Made by a program: the position numbers and the translations under genes. A DNA stretch of 64,000 nucleotides from the NCBI GenBank assembly GCA_902826835.1, contig CADEGH010000023.1, forward strand, positions 6,220-70,219, read 5' to 3'. The DNA comes from an uncultured bacterium. GTDB lineage: Bacteria; Planctomycetota; GCA-002687715. The notes below the pieces were generated by a model. The model did not search any database and was not told the origin of the DNA. It saw nothing but the letters and a program-made list of their open reading frames with translations. Shown piece by piece: positions 30,804 through 39,197 of this stretch (the first letter of the stretch is position 1; every line of letters begins with the position of its first letter).

Positions 30804-32057
30804 GTGAAGCCGAGTCCCTGGACGATTCCCCTCCGCACTCTCTGGGTGGCCAATCTGGTGGCGGCCACGGGGATGTTCGCGCTCGTGCCTTTCTTGACGT
30901 GTTTTGTGCAGGAGCTCGGGGTCACCGATGCCGCCGCGCGCCACCGCTGGGCGGGTTGGCTCGTCGGCTCGGCCCCCATCATGGCGGCGCTGGTGGGTCC
31001 GCTGTGGGGCGGGATCGGGGACCGATTTGGCCGTCGGGCCATGGTCGCACGCGCTCTGTTCGGTGGTGCGATCTTTGTCGGCCTCATGTGGTGGGCGGAG
31101 TCCCTGTGGTCCATGCTCGGCCTGCGCGCCCTCCAAGGCTGTGTCGCCGGATTCGTCCCCCCGGCACTGGCACTGGCCTCCTTGTTGGCCCCTGAGGAGC
31201 GGCGCGCCTACCTCACCGGAAGCATCCAAAGTGCGGTGTCGGCGGGCGCCGTCCTGGGTTATCTCCTCGGGGGTTACGTGACCGAGCACGGGAGCCTGCG
31301 CATCATCTTTCCCATTTGCGCTGGCCTCTTGGGCTTGGCCGGGATCTTGGTGGTGGCGCTGGTTCCCGAGGTGCGAACCGCGCCCCGCCCGGACGCCCGT
31401 TCATCGTTGGCAGCGCGCATCGTCGACGATTACCGATACACCCTTGGCATTCCGGCGCTGGCTCGGTTCTTGGCGATCCTCGTGGCGGTGCGCCTCGTCG
31501 GCTCGATGATCGACCCACACTTCGTGGCGTTTGTGGAGGGGCTGGGGGGCAGCCGCGACCTCGCCGGTGCAATCTTGGCGCTCGAACAGGGGGCCATCTT
31601 GATCGCAATGCCACGCTTCGCTCGCGCAAGTGAGCGATTCGGCTACCGACGCACCTTCGCCGCGGCGGCGCTCGGGCTCTGCGCACTCTGGTTTGTCCAG
31701 TCGCGCGTCCAGTCGGCTGGCGCGCTGATCGCGGTTCGTATCGCGAGCGGACTCTGCCTCGGCGGAATCGCGCCGGTGGGCTACGGATTGGCGGCTCGTG
31801 AAACGAGCCCCGAGCGCAGGGGCAGCGCGATGGGAACAGTCTTTCAAGCCCTCGCCTTTGCGCATGCCGCCGGCACTCTCATCGGTGGAGCGGTGGTCGG
31901 AGCGATCGGCTTTCGGCCCGTCATGCTGGGAGTGGGGGCGAGCTTCGGGTGCCTAGCGGCGCTCGCGCTGCGCGAGAGCCGCAAAGACCGCGCGCTCCGC
32001 TCCCTGCCGCCACCGAAAGAGGCACCGAGCTGGACCGCCGAAGGAGAAGACGTTTGA
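30804..32057 (+). CDS. MFS transporter
   Basis: 417 aa with 12 predicted TM segments. The GDRFGRR motif between TM2 and TM3 is the MFS signature. Confidence 0.8.
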   Translation: MKPSPWTIPLRTLWVANLVAATGMFALVPFLTCFVQELGVTDAAARHRWAGWLVGSAPIMAALVGPLWGGIGDRFGRRAMVARALFGGAIFVGLMWWAESLWSMLGLRALQGCVAGFVPPALALASLLAPEERRAYLTGSIQSAVSAGAVLGYLLGGYVTEHGSLRIIFPICAGLLGLAGILVVALVPEVRTAPRPDARSSLAARIVDDYRYTLGIPALARFLAILVAVRLVGSMIDPHFVAFVEGLGGSRDLAGAILALEQGAILIAMPRFARASERFGYRRTFAAAALGLCALWFVQSRVQSAGALIAVRIASGLCLGGIAPVGYGLAARETSPERRGSAMGTVFQALAFAHAAGTLIGGAVVGAIGFRPVMLGVGASFGCLAALALRESRKDRALRSLPPPKEAPSWTAEGEDV

Positions 32058-32125
32058 TCCCGGGAACGAGAACAGCCCGGAAACCTCTCGGTCCCCGGGC
32101 CGCCCCTGCTACGCACTGAGAGATC

Positions 32126-32920
32126 TCAGTTCGCCGCTTCGCGCTTCGCGAAAGACTTGAGCTTGAATTTGCTGCCTTCGAGCAGCTTCTTCACGCCGTC
32201 CTCCGTGATCGCATCGGTCTTCGTGCTCTGGTATTCCACTTTGGAGGTATCGCCGAACGGGAGCACGACGATGGTGCCATCGACCTTGGTCAAGATCTCA
32301 CGGATCTTGAAGCAGGTGTCCTGTCACCCAACGCCGTCTACGACGAGGTCGTACACGGCGGCAGCCTTGGGCTTCGTAACTTGGGTGAGGGACTTGAAAC
32401 GCTGAGGCTTGAGCGCCTCGTCGAGCTTCGCGCGATCGGGCGCAGAGCCGTCCTTGGTCGTGATGAAAGCGAACGCGGTGGTGTCTACGGTCACGCTCTG
32501 CATGCCGTCGATCTTGGACAGGGTCTCACGGATCCTGTTGGCGGTTTTCGCCGCGCTTCACCCACCGCCACCGGAGTAAGCGAGGACCCAGAGGGTCTCG
32601 CCCATCGGCGGCTTGACTCCCTCGACCGTGAGGCCGAGCGACTTCAGAGCCGGGGCCACGGAAGCGGCATCGACGCTCTTGCCGTCTTCGACGGTGAGGG
32701 CGATCTTCGACGCGTTGGCATCGAAGGTGGCTTCCTTGACTCCGGGGATACCGAGGGCGGCCTTGACGACCGCATCGGTGGTGACGTCCGCGGTCGACTT
32801 GACGGCGACCTCGAACACGTTTTTCGCTCTCATGATCGGGAGATCGTCACCCGGGCCGCCGACGGCCCCGAAACAGGCCGTAGCCAGCGTGACGATCACC
32901 CCCGCGCTCAACATGCGCAT
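32126..32920 (-). CDS. Candidate secreted selenoprotein with three HMA-like repeats. The reading frame continues through two in-frame TGA codons (32558-32560 and 32324-32326), proposed to encode Sec.
   Basis: One continuous 265-codon frame: ATG at 32920 preceded by GGAGG. It contains a signal peptide (MRMLSAGVIVTLATAC), HMA-like repeat 1 with no Cys or Sec, TGA, repeat 2 (U-SAAKTANRIRETLSKIDG...), TGA, and repeat 3 (U-QDTCFKIREILTKVDG...), then a terminal TGA at 32126-32128. Segments 2 and 3 contain no usable start codon. Both TGAs sit in the beta1-alpha1 loop, where HMA domains carry their CxxC. A SECIS-like hairpin lies 14-20 nt downstream of each TGA. TGA is an ordinary stop elsewhere in the window. 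Confidence 0.5.
32291..32309 (-). promoter_or_regulatory. SECIS-like hairpin 2, 14 nt downstream of the second in-frame UGA
   Basis: mRNA CAAGAUC-CGUGA-GAUCUUG forms a perfect 7-bp stem with a 5-nt loop CGUGA. The stem uses a UUG Leu codon and a CGU Arg codon. Confidence 0.45.
32518..32538 (-). promoter_or_regulatory. SECIS-like hairpin 1, 20 nt downstream of the first in-frame UGA
   Basis: mRNA ACAGGAUCCGUGAGACCCUGU forms stem ACAGG/CCUGU, one A-C mismatch, then UC/GA, closing a 5-nt apical loop CGUGA containing GU. Confidence 0.4.
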
Positions 32921-33285
32921 GGAAGGGTCCTCCAAAGTGGAAAAGGATGCGATGACCTTACCAGGGATCGGCTGAGCCGGGGCCCTGGCTGTCCCCAAGG
33001 ACGCGGCCTTCGCCCCTGTGTAAACACCGGGCGAGCGGAAATCCTTCCGCCGGTCAAGGTTATGGACCGTCCCGGCCGATCTACCTCCCGGAGCTGAAGG
33101 AAAGTCCGAAGGGTCGCAGGGGCCGGGATCCGGATCAATCGGGCGCGTTCGGGTCTTCCCCGTGCGCACACGCGTCCGACGGGCGGCCGGTCGCCGCCAG
33201 GCTTCGGTTGCCCTCCCAGTTCACCCCGGGTTTTCGCCGAGTTCCCTTGCCTCCTCTTGGCATAGTGGGAGAGGACCCCATTTCC

Positions 33286-34662
33286 ATGCACCCTGCGCTC
33301 GTTCGACGCTTTGTCCTCCCCCGCATGCTCCGCCGGACTTGGCCAGAGCTCACCGCCCGGCGCGGGGAACTGGAAGCCTCACAGTGGGAATCCGCCGCTC
33401 AGCACGAGGAGCGGCAGGTGGAGCGACTCCGCACCCTCCTCGGGGAGGCCGCAAGAAGCCCCTTCCACGGCCCGAGAATTGCCGCCGCCGGCCTCGCCAA
33501 CGGTGGACTCAGCTCCCTCGCCGATCTCCGCCGCCTCCCCATCCTGGAAAAACAGGACCTGAAGGACCGGCGCGAGGACATCCTGGTTACCGGGGTGGAT
33601 CGGTCCACGGTCACTGCGAGTGCCACCGGTGGGACCACCGGGGCCCCGACCCGCTACTACTGGGACGATCGGTACTGGTGCCTCTCCTCCGCGGTTACCC
33701 AGCGCGCCTACGGATTTCTGGGGTTCGAGCCGGGGGATCGCCACGCCATGATCTGGGGAACCGCCTTTCATCAGTCATGGCGCGCACGCGCCAAAGAGAC
33801 CTGGACCCAGCGCCTCAAGAACCTGCTGGTCATTCCCGGCTTCGAGCTCTCCGAGGAGCGCATGGGCGTGTGGGCGAAGCGGCTCGCTCGCCATCGGCCC
33901 AAGGTGGTCGAGGGGTACACCTCGCTGCTCCTACTCTTTGGCGGATTCTTGCTTCGCAACGGAATTCGAGACATCCGTCCGAAGGCCGTGGTCTCCTCGG
34001 CCGAGAAGCTCTACCCCTGGCAGCGCGAGTTCATCGAACGGGCCTTCGGGGCCCCGGTCTACGACCGCTACGGCACTCGCGAAGTCGGCTGCGTTGGCGC
34101 GGAGTGCCCGTCGCGTCAGGGTCTGCACCTTTCGTCCGAACACGTCATCGTGGAAGTGGTGCGCGGGAACGAACCCGTCCCCGTTGGCGAAAGTGGCGAA
34201 CTCGTAATCACTTGCCTCTCGAACCGGGTCTTCCCTTTCCTCAGGTACCGCATCGGGGATTTGGGACGCCTTCTGGCGGGTTCCTGCGATTGCGGTCGCG
34301 GCCTCGCGCGCCTCGAGCTCACCGAGGGAAGAGTGCACGACCTACTCACGACCGCACACGGCACTTACCTGCCGGGCGAATTTTTCCCGCACTTGTTCAA
34401 GGAGTACGCCGGAGTGCACTCGTTCCACATCCATCAGCGAAGTGACAAGAGCGTGCATGTCCGCGTGGTCAAGACACCGGCCTGGGCGCCGGAACAAGAA
34501 GCGAGCTGGACCCGCGAAATCCAAAAGGTGATGGGAAACGTCCAGCTTTCGCTCGAGTACGTCCCGAAGATCGAAGCGACCGCCGCGGGGAAACTGCGAT
34601 TCACCAGCAGCGACGTCCCGGTTGACCTCGTGAACCAAGCCAAAGAAATGGTCGGCGCATGA
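33286..34662 (+). CDS. Phenylacetate-CoA ligase-like (CapK / coenzyme F390 synthetase family) adenylate-forming enzyme
   Basis: ATG at 33286. The P-loop-like SATGGTTGAP, an overall length of about 458 aa and PaaK-like C-terminal domain features fit the family. The listed 33208 start adds an unlikely extension. Confidence 0.7.
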   Translation: MHPALVRRFVLPRMLRRTWPELTARRGELEASQWESAAQHEERQVERLRTLLGEAARSPFHGPRIAAAGLANGGLSSLADLRRLPILEKQDLKDRREDILVTGVDRSTVTASATGGTTGAPTRYYWDDRYWCLSSAVTQRAYGFLGFEPGDRHAMIWGTAFHQSWRARAKETWTQRLKNLLVIPGFELSEERMGVWAKRLARHRPKVVEGYTSLLLLFGGFLLRNGIRDIRPKAVVSSAEKLYPWQREFIERAFGAPVYDRYGTREVGCVGAECPSRQGLHLSSEHVIVEVVRGNEPVPVGESGELVITCLSNRVFPFLRYRIGDLGRLLAGSCDCGRGLARLELTEGRVHDLLTTAHGTYLPGEFFPHLFKEYAGVHSFHIHQRSDKSVHVRVVKTPAWAPEQEASWTREIQKVMGNVQLSLEYVPKIEATAAGKLRFTSSDVPVDLVNQAKEMVGA

Positions 34663-36134
34663 ACTTGCCTGCCGAGGATCTCGTCGCGATCACTACCGGA
34701 GTCTCGGGCTATCCCGAATCTCCGCCCTTCCATCCAGGTGAGAACTACCCCGAGTCCTACTTCGGAGCAGCGGCCCAGGGCGCGACGAATCCGGTGTACT
34801 CCGGCGTGCGCGAGACTCTGCGTCTCCTCGGCCTGGACCTCGAACACTACGGGACACCGCAGTGGAATCCGCTCCGAGGACTGGTCCGACCGGGAGACAG
34901 AGTTGTCCTCAAGCCCAATCTGGTGCGACATCGCAACGGCGCGGAACCCCACATACTGAGTCTGGTCACGCACGGGTCCGTGGTACGCGCCGTGCTCGAT
35001 TACGTGCTCGTCGCCCTCCGCGGCGAAGGCGAAGTCACCATCGGCGATGCCCCAGTGCAAGAAACCGACTTCGAGTCAGTGGTCACGCAGACCGGTCTCC
35101 GTCCGGCCGTCGAATGGGCGGCGGCCCACGAAAAGCGGGTCAAGATCCAACTCGTCGACTTCCGCAAGGAACGAGCCAAGATGCTGGAGGGGGGAGTCGT
35201 CCTCGCTCGCGAAACCTTGGGCGGTGATCCCAAGGGTTTTGTCGAAGTGGATCTTGGCAAGCGTTCTTGGCTCACGCCCCTCGCGGTCGACGCCGAGAAG
35301 TTCCGCGTCACCAACTACGACAAGAACACGATGCCCAATGCGCACGATGCGGAGCACAACCGCTACCTCATCGCACGCAGCGTGCTCGACGCGGACGTCG
35401 TCATCAACCTGCCGAAGATGAAGACCCACGGGAAAGCCGGCATCACTTGCACGCTCAAGAACAACGTCGGCATCAACGGTCACAAGTCTTGGCTCCCTCA
35501 TCATCGTGACGGCTCCCGCGCCGAGGGGGGCGACGAGTACGAACACAAGAGTGTTCGCAAACAACTGATCAATCGCCTGAACGATCAGATCGAAAAGACC
35601 GGCAGTGTGTTGGTGAAGAAGGCAATCCGCACCGGTGGCGCCCTCATCCGACGCACGCGACACTTGTTCCCCCTGAAGGACGAGTACGTCGAGGGAGCCT
35701 GGCACGGCAACGATACGGTCTGGCGCATGGTGCTCGATCTCAATCGCGTCCTCCTCAACGTGGACCGGCAGGGCAATCTGCAGCCAAACCGCCAGCGGCG
35801 CTACTTGGGGCTGGTCGACGGCGTCATCGCCGGTGAGGGGGAGGGTCCGCTCCGTCCCACGAGCAAGGCAGCCGGGCTCCTCATTGCCGGAGGCAATCCG
35901 GTTCCCATCGACCTGGCCTGCGCCCACCTGATGGGGCTCGATTGGCGGAAAATCCCGCTCCTCCGCGAGTCGGTGGCCCCCTCGGATCCGGCCCTGTTCA
36001 GCGGTCGCCGGGACCAGGTTCGCTTCGCCTCCAACCACCCTCCCTATACGAGGCTCTTCGATCTGCCCGCCGCCGAGACCCTGCGTTTCATCCCACCCAG
36101 CGGTTGGCTCGGAAAGATCGAACTCGCGAATTAG
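34659..36134 (+). CDS. DUF362 domain-containing protein
   Basis: Start overlaps the upstream stop (ATGA). LKPNLVRHRNG...THGSVVRAVLDYV...IGDAP and KTHGKAGITCTLKNNVG match conserved DUF362 blocks. Confidence 0.6.
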   Translation: MNLPAEDLVAITTGVSGYPESPPFHPGENYPESYFGAAAQGATNPVYSGVRETLRLLGLDLEHYGTPQWNPLRGLVRPGDRVVLKPNLVRHRNGAEPHILSLVTHGSVVRAVLDYVLVALRGEGEVTIGDAPVQETDFESVVTQTGLRPAVEWAAAHEKRVKIQLVDFRKERAKMLEGGVVLARETLGGDPKGFVEVDLGKRSWLTPLAVDAEKFRVTNYDKNTMPNAHDAEHNRYLIARSVLDADVVINLPKMKTHGKAGITCTLKNNVGINGHKSWLPHHRDGSRAEGGDEYEHKSVRKQLINRLNDQIEKTGSVLVKKAIRTGGALIRRTRHLFPLKDEYVEGAWHGNDTVWRMVLDLNRVLLNVDRQGNLQPNRQRRYLGLVDGVIAGEGEGPLRPTSKAAGLLIAGGNPVPIDLACAHLMGLDWRKIPLLRESVAPSDPALFSGRRDQVRFASNHPPYTRLFDLPAAETLRFIPPSGWLGKIELAN

Positions 36135-36196
36135 CCCCCAGGCCATACAATGACCTCGGATCGGCGCCGCGCGCAGGGCGCCTGGGAGGTCTTCGC

Positions 36197-37456
36197 ATGC
36201 GGTCACGGCTCTGGACGATTCTCGCCCTCGCAATGGGCCCATTCGTGGTGAGTCAGGAAGTCGCGACTCCTGAGCTGCGGCCTGTGCTCTGGAAACTCCA
36301 AAAGGACGGCGGAGAGACGAAAGAGTGGATGGACGCCATGGGTTCCATCCTGGCCCAAGGCCATAACCTGGCCGCCGCTGCGTGGCTCGAAAAGGCCGAG
36401 GCCGCGAAAAAGACCGGACGATTCCCCCCGACCAAACCCGATCCGTTGCCGTCCCTCAAATCCAAACTGCCGAAGCCCAAGCCGGTGGCGGAATCCGCCC
36501 TGCAAAACAAACTGCTCCTGCACGTGGAAAGCTCGGCGACCGCGAAGGACGGAGTGGAAGTAGCCCGAATTACGCAGGTGCTGGACGCGCTCTTCAAGAT
36601 CGTACCGGACGCGGCCGCCGAAAAACGGGTGACTGCCGCGAAGAACAAAGCGCCGGCCACCATGAAATTGCCGGAGAGCGCGGACGTGGAGCGTCGACGC
36701 ACCCAGGGCGACGCCCTCAAGGCCCAAGCTCTCGATGCACTCCTCGCTCGCATCCAGACGGGCGTGACCCAATACGAAGCGGCCGGCTGCTGCGAACTAC
36801 GGATGAAAATCCTGGAACAAATCCAGTGGTTCAAGGCCCTGGACAAAGAGGACGCCCGCACGGACGACCCCGCGGCCACCCTTCGCCGGTTGACCACCGC
36901 CGTCGAACCCACCCTGACCCTCAAGTGGGCACTCGGCGCGGAGGACGGCACGTACTCCGTCTACAAGAATGGCGTCGTCCTCGACGGATTCAAAGACATC
37001 AAGGCGGAAACCGCGGCTATCCAAGAGATTCCGGTTCATCCCGCCGATCTCTTCCAGGTCGTGATCCCCAAGACTCTGTCTTCGCGGGCGCCGCGGCGGA
37101 CGTGGGTGCTCTTTGCCGGTGGTTCCATTGATCAACGACCCATCGCCGAAGCCCAGTACTACCTCGACCGCGACGGCAATGCCGAGAGCCTCGTCACCGA
37201 CCTGAAGCGATTGTTCCAAGCCTCCCGTTCGCAACACCGGATGGAGGATGCGGGCCCTGAGCTCACGGGGGCCGACGGCAAAGTGACCTCGATCGTGATT
37301 CACCCGGAAAAGGACAACGGTGGCATCATGACCGTGCCCCTGGGCCAAACCCTCCTCAAGCAGGCCGCGGAACTCTCGAAGACCGGCTTCCCCCTCCTGT
37401 GGTTCGGATTCGAATCCAAGGAGTGCGTCATCACGATTCGCATTCCGGCTTCCTGA
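36197..37456 (+). CDS. Hypothetical secreted protein (tandem paralog A)
   Basis: ATG at 36197 preceded by GGGAGG. Signal MRSRLWTILALAMGPFVVSQE; contains a YEAAGC motif shared with the next gene. Confidence 0.5.
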   Translation: MRSRLWTILALAMGPFVVSQEVATPELRPVLWKLQKDGGETKEWMDAMGSILAQGHNLAAAAWLEKAEAAKKTGRFPPTKPDPLPSLKSKLPKPKPVAESALQNKLLLHVESSATAKDGVEVARITQVLDALFKIVPDAAAEKRVTAAKNKAPATMKLPESADVERRRTQGDALKAQALDALLARIQTGVTQYEAAGCCELRMKILEQIQWFKALDKEDARTDDPAATLRRLTTAVEPTLTLKWALGAEDGTYSVYKNGVVLDGFKDIKAETAAIQEIPVHPADLFQVVIPKTLSSRAPRRTWVLFAGGSIDQRPIAEAQYYLDRDGNAESLVTDLKRLFQASRSQHRMEDAGPELTGADGKVTSIVIHPEKDNGGIMTVPLGQTLLKQAAELSKTGFPLLWFGFESKECVITIRIPAS

Positions 37457-37617
37457 GTTCGGGCCGCGGCAATCTGCCCGGCTCGGACCAGCGTTCGTGA
37501 TCTCGATTTCATTGGGTTCGCTACAAACAAGGGCTCGAAGCCATTTACACTGGTTCGGTTTCCAAGCGAAGAGTTGTGAGTTGACGATCCGGGTTCCTTC
37601 TCTCTCGGAGTAATCCG

Positions 37618-38898
37618 ATGTCCATCCGCCTCGTGACATGCCTGGTCGCACTCCACCTCTGCTCCTCCGCTATTCCAGCGCAAACCGTCGCGGATAAGCC
37701 GCCACATCCCTGGCGGGCATCGGCCCTCAAGCTGCAGGCGGAGGGCGGAAGCCCCGAGGAATGGGCGACGTTCTTGGCTATAGTTCTCGACGCCGGACAC
37801 TTTGCGGCCGCGCAGTGGTGGAGCGATTTAGCGGCGGAGGCGGAGAAGGCGGGCAAGCTCGAAGTCGTCAAGCCCAATCCCCTGAGCCCCCACCGCGCGC
37901 GAATCCCCGCGGAGACTCCCCTCGCGGACCCCAAACTCGCCCTGCGCTGGGTGGTGCACGGCGAAAGTGCCGCAAACTTGAAGGACCCAAGCGAGGTCGG
38001 ACGAGCCGTGCGCATAGCGGGCGTCATCCTGAAACTCGCCCCGGATACCACGGCTCGTCGACGCCTCGATGCCTTACGTCCCAAAGCCAAGCCGGAGGAA
38101 ACCCAGGCTCCGACCGTCGCGGCCGAGAAAAAACGCAAAGAAGGAGACGCCCTCCTGGAACTCGCGGTGGCCCCATTCCGCGCTCGCATCCAAACGTGGC
38201 TCGGCGACTACGAGGCCGCGGGCTGCCGCATCGGGCGGGACCGGATCCACCTCCTTTTGAACAATCTGCGGAGTCTGCATCCGAGCGATCCCCTCGTCAT
38301 CGAAGCGGAAAATCGGATGCGGGCCGCCGTGGCAGTGGTCGAGCCCCCGAAACGCCTCGCGGTCATGGTCCGCAACCACGCCGGCTCCGTCCGGCTTACC
38401 CGAAACGGCGCGGAATTGCCTCGCGCCTCACGCTGGTCGGCCACCGACGAGGCGCCGGTGGAGATCGCGGTGTGCGCGGGGGACCTGATCCAGATCGAGA
38501 TCTCCGAACCGTGGTCCGACGCCGACGGGAAGCGCCTCTTCGTCGGCGCCATGGGAGCGCGGCTGGACGATGTGGAAATCCCCGCCGAATCCTGGGCCAT
38601 CGACGAGGACGGGAGCCCGGAAGGCCTCACTACGAGCCTTCATAAGCTCCGACCCACCGTCAAGCATCGAGATCCCCTGCCCGACATCGCGAGCGACCAA
38701 GAGAAGGCGATCGCTGAGCAAGGAGGCGGCTGGATCGAACTGCCCGGCAAGACCGAGGCCGATCAGTGGACCTACATGCCGCTCTATCCGGTGCTCGTGA
38801 AACACGAGGACGATTTTGTCCGCGCCAAATTCCCTCAGCAGTGGTTCGGCATCTACACTCCGGCGTTGGTCTTGACGCTCCAAATCCCTCATCAGTGA
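37618..38898 (+). CDS. Hypothetical secreted protein (tandem paralog B)
   Basis: Signal MSIRLVTCLVALHLCSSAIPAQT. Shares an architecture and a DYEAAGC motif with the preceding gene. Confidence 0.5.
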   Translation: MSIRLVTCLVALHLCSSAIPAQTVADKPPHPWRASALKLQAEGGSPEEWATFLAIVLDAGHFAAAQWWSDLAAEAEKAGKLEVVKPNPLSPHRARIPAETPLADPKLALRWVVHGESAANLKDPSEVGRAVRIAGVILKLAPDTTARRRLDALRPKAKPEETQAPTVAAEKKRKEGDALLELAVAPFRARIQTWLGDYEAAGCRIGRDRIHLLLNNLRSLHPSDPLVIEAENRMRAAVAVVEPPKRLAVMVRNHAGSVRLTRNGAELPRASRWSATDEAPVEIAVCAGDLIQIEISEPWSDADGKRLFVGAMGARLDDVEIPAESWAIDEDGSPEGLTTSLHKLRPTVKHRDPLPDIASDQEKAIAEQGGGWIELPGKTEADQWTYMPLYPVLVKHEDDFVRAKFPQQWFGIYTPALVLTLQIPHQ

Positions 38899-38903
38899 AA
38901 CTC

Positions 38904-39173
38904 ATGGATCACTCAAATTCCGAGTGCGAAGCGGTGGTGCTAGGGGCGTGGCCCGATTCGATACGGGCCAACCTCGTGATCATCCGGCTCGCCGCGGAGG
39001 GCATTGAGGCCTGGCTTTCCGACGACTACATCGTGGAAGTGCACCCTCTTCTGTTGCACGCAGTCGGGGGCGTCAAGATTTGGGTGCGGGCCGTCGATCT
39101 CGCCTCGGCCCAAAAAGTTCTGGCCACCAAACCCGATCTGACCGACTGGGAGGCCGAAGGCTCCGAGACTTGA
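38904..39173 (+). CDS. DUF2007-like small protein (putative signal-transducing protein fold)
   Basis: The internal ATG at 38904 lies 5 nt after the upstream stop. VVLGAWPDSIRANLVIIRLAAEGIEAWLSDDY...GGVKIWV matches the DUF2007 pattern. Confidence 0.45.
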   Translation: MDHSNSECEAVVLGAWPDSIRANLVIIRLAAEGIEAWLSDDYIVEVHPLLLHAVGGVKIWVRAVDLASAQKVLATKPDLTDWEAEGSET

Positions 39174-39197
39174 AGGATCTCCCCGTAACCGTGGTCT

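Noticed and set aside
32126-32920. Alternative explanation: pseudogene with two nonsense mutations, or a TGA-recoding genetic code
   Set aside because: Both TGAs are at structurally equivalent loop positions of two repeats, and each is followed by a hairpin with the same CGUGA loop. The remaining frame is intact, with no frameshifts. TGA terminates other genes in the window (the 1794..2723 gene and icd end in TGA), so a code-25-type reassignment is excluded. The pseudogene possibility is not fully excluded without the Sec machinery being found in the genome.
32558-33169. Listed 203-aa ORF treated as a complete gene ending at the TGA at 32558
   Set aside because: Its first 83 residues lie upstream of an excellent SD-ATG-signal-peptide start (32920). 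More importantly, the reading frame continues through that TGA and a second TGA into two further homologous repeats with no start codons. It is therefore modelled as a single Sec-containing CDS, 32126..32920.
33208-33285. Upstream alternative start for the CapK/PaaK-like gene
   Set aside because: The extension (MPSQFTPGFRRVPLPPLGIVGEDPIS) is not conserved-looking and lacks an SD. The ATG at 33286 gives a typical N-terminus.
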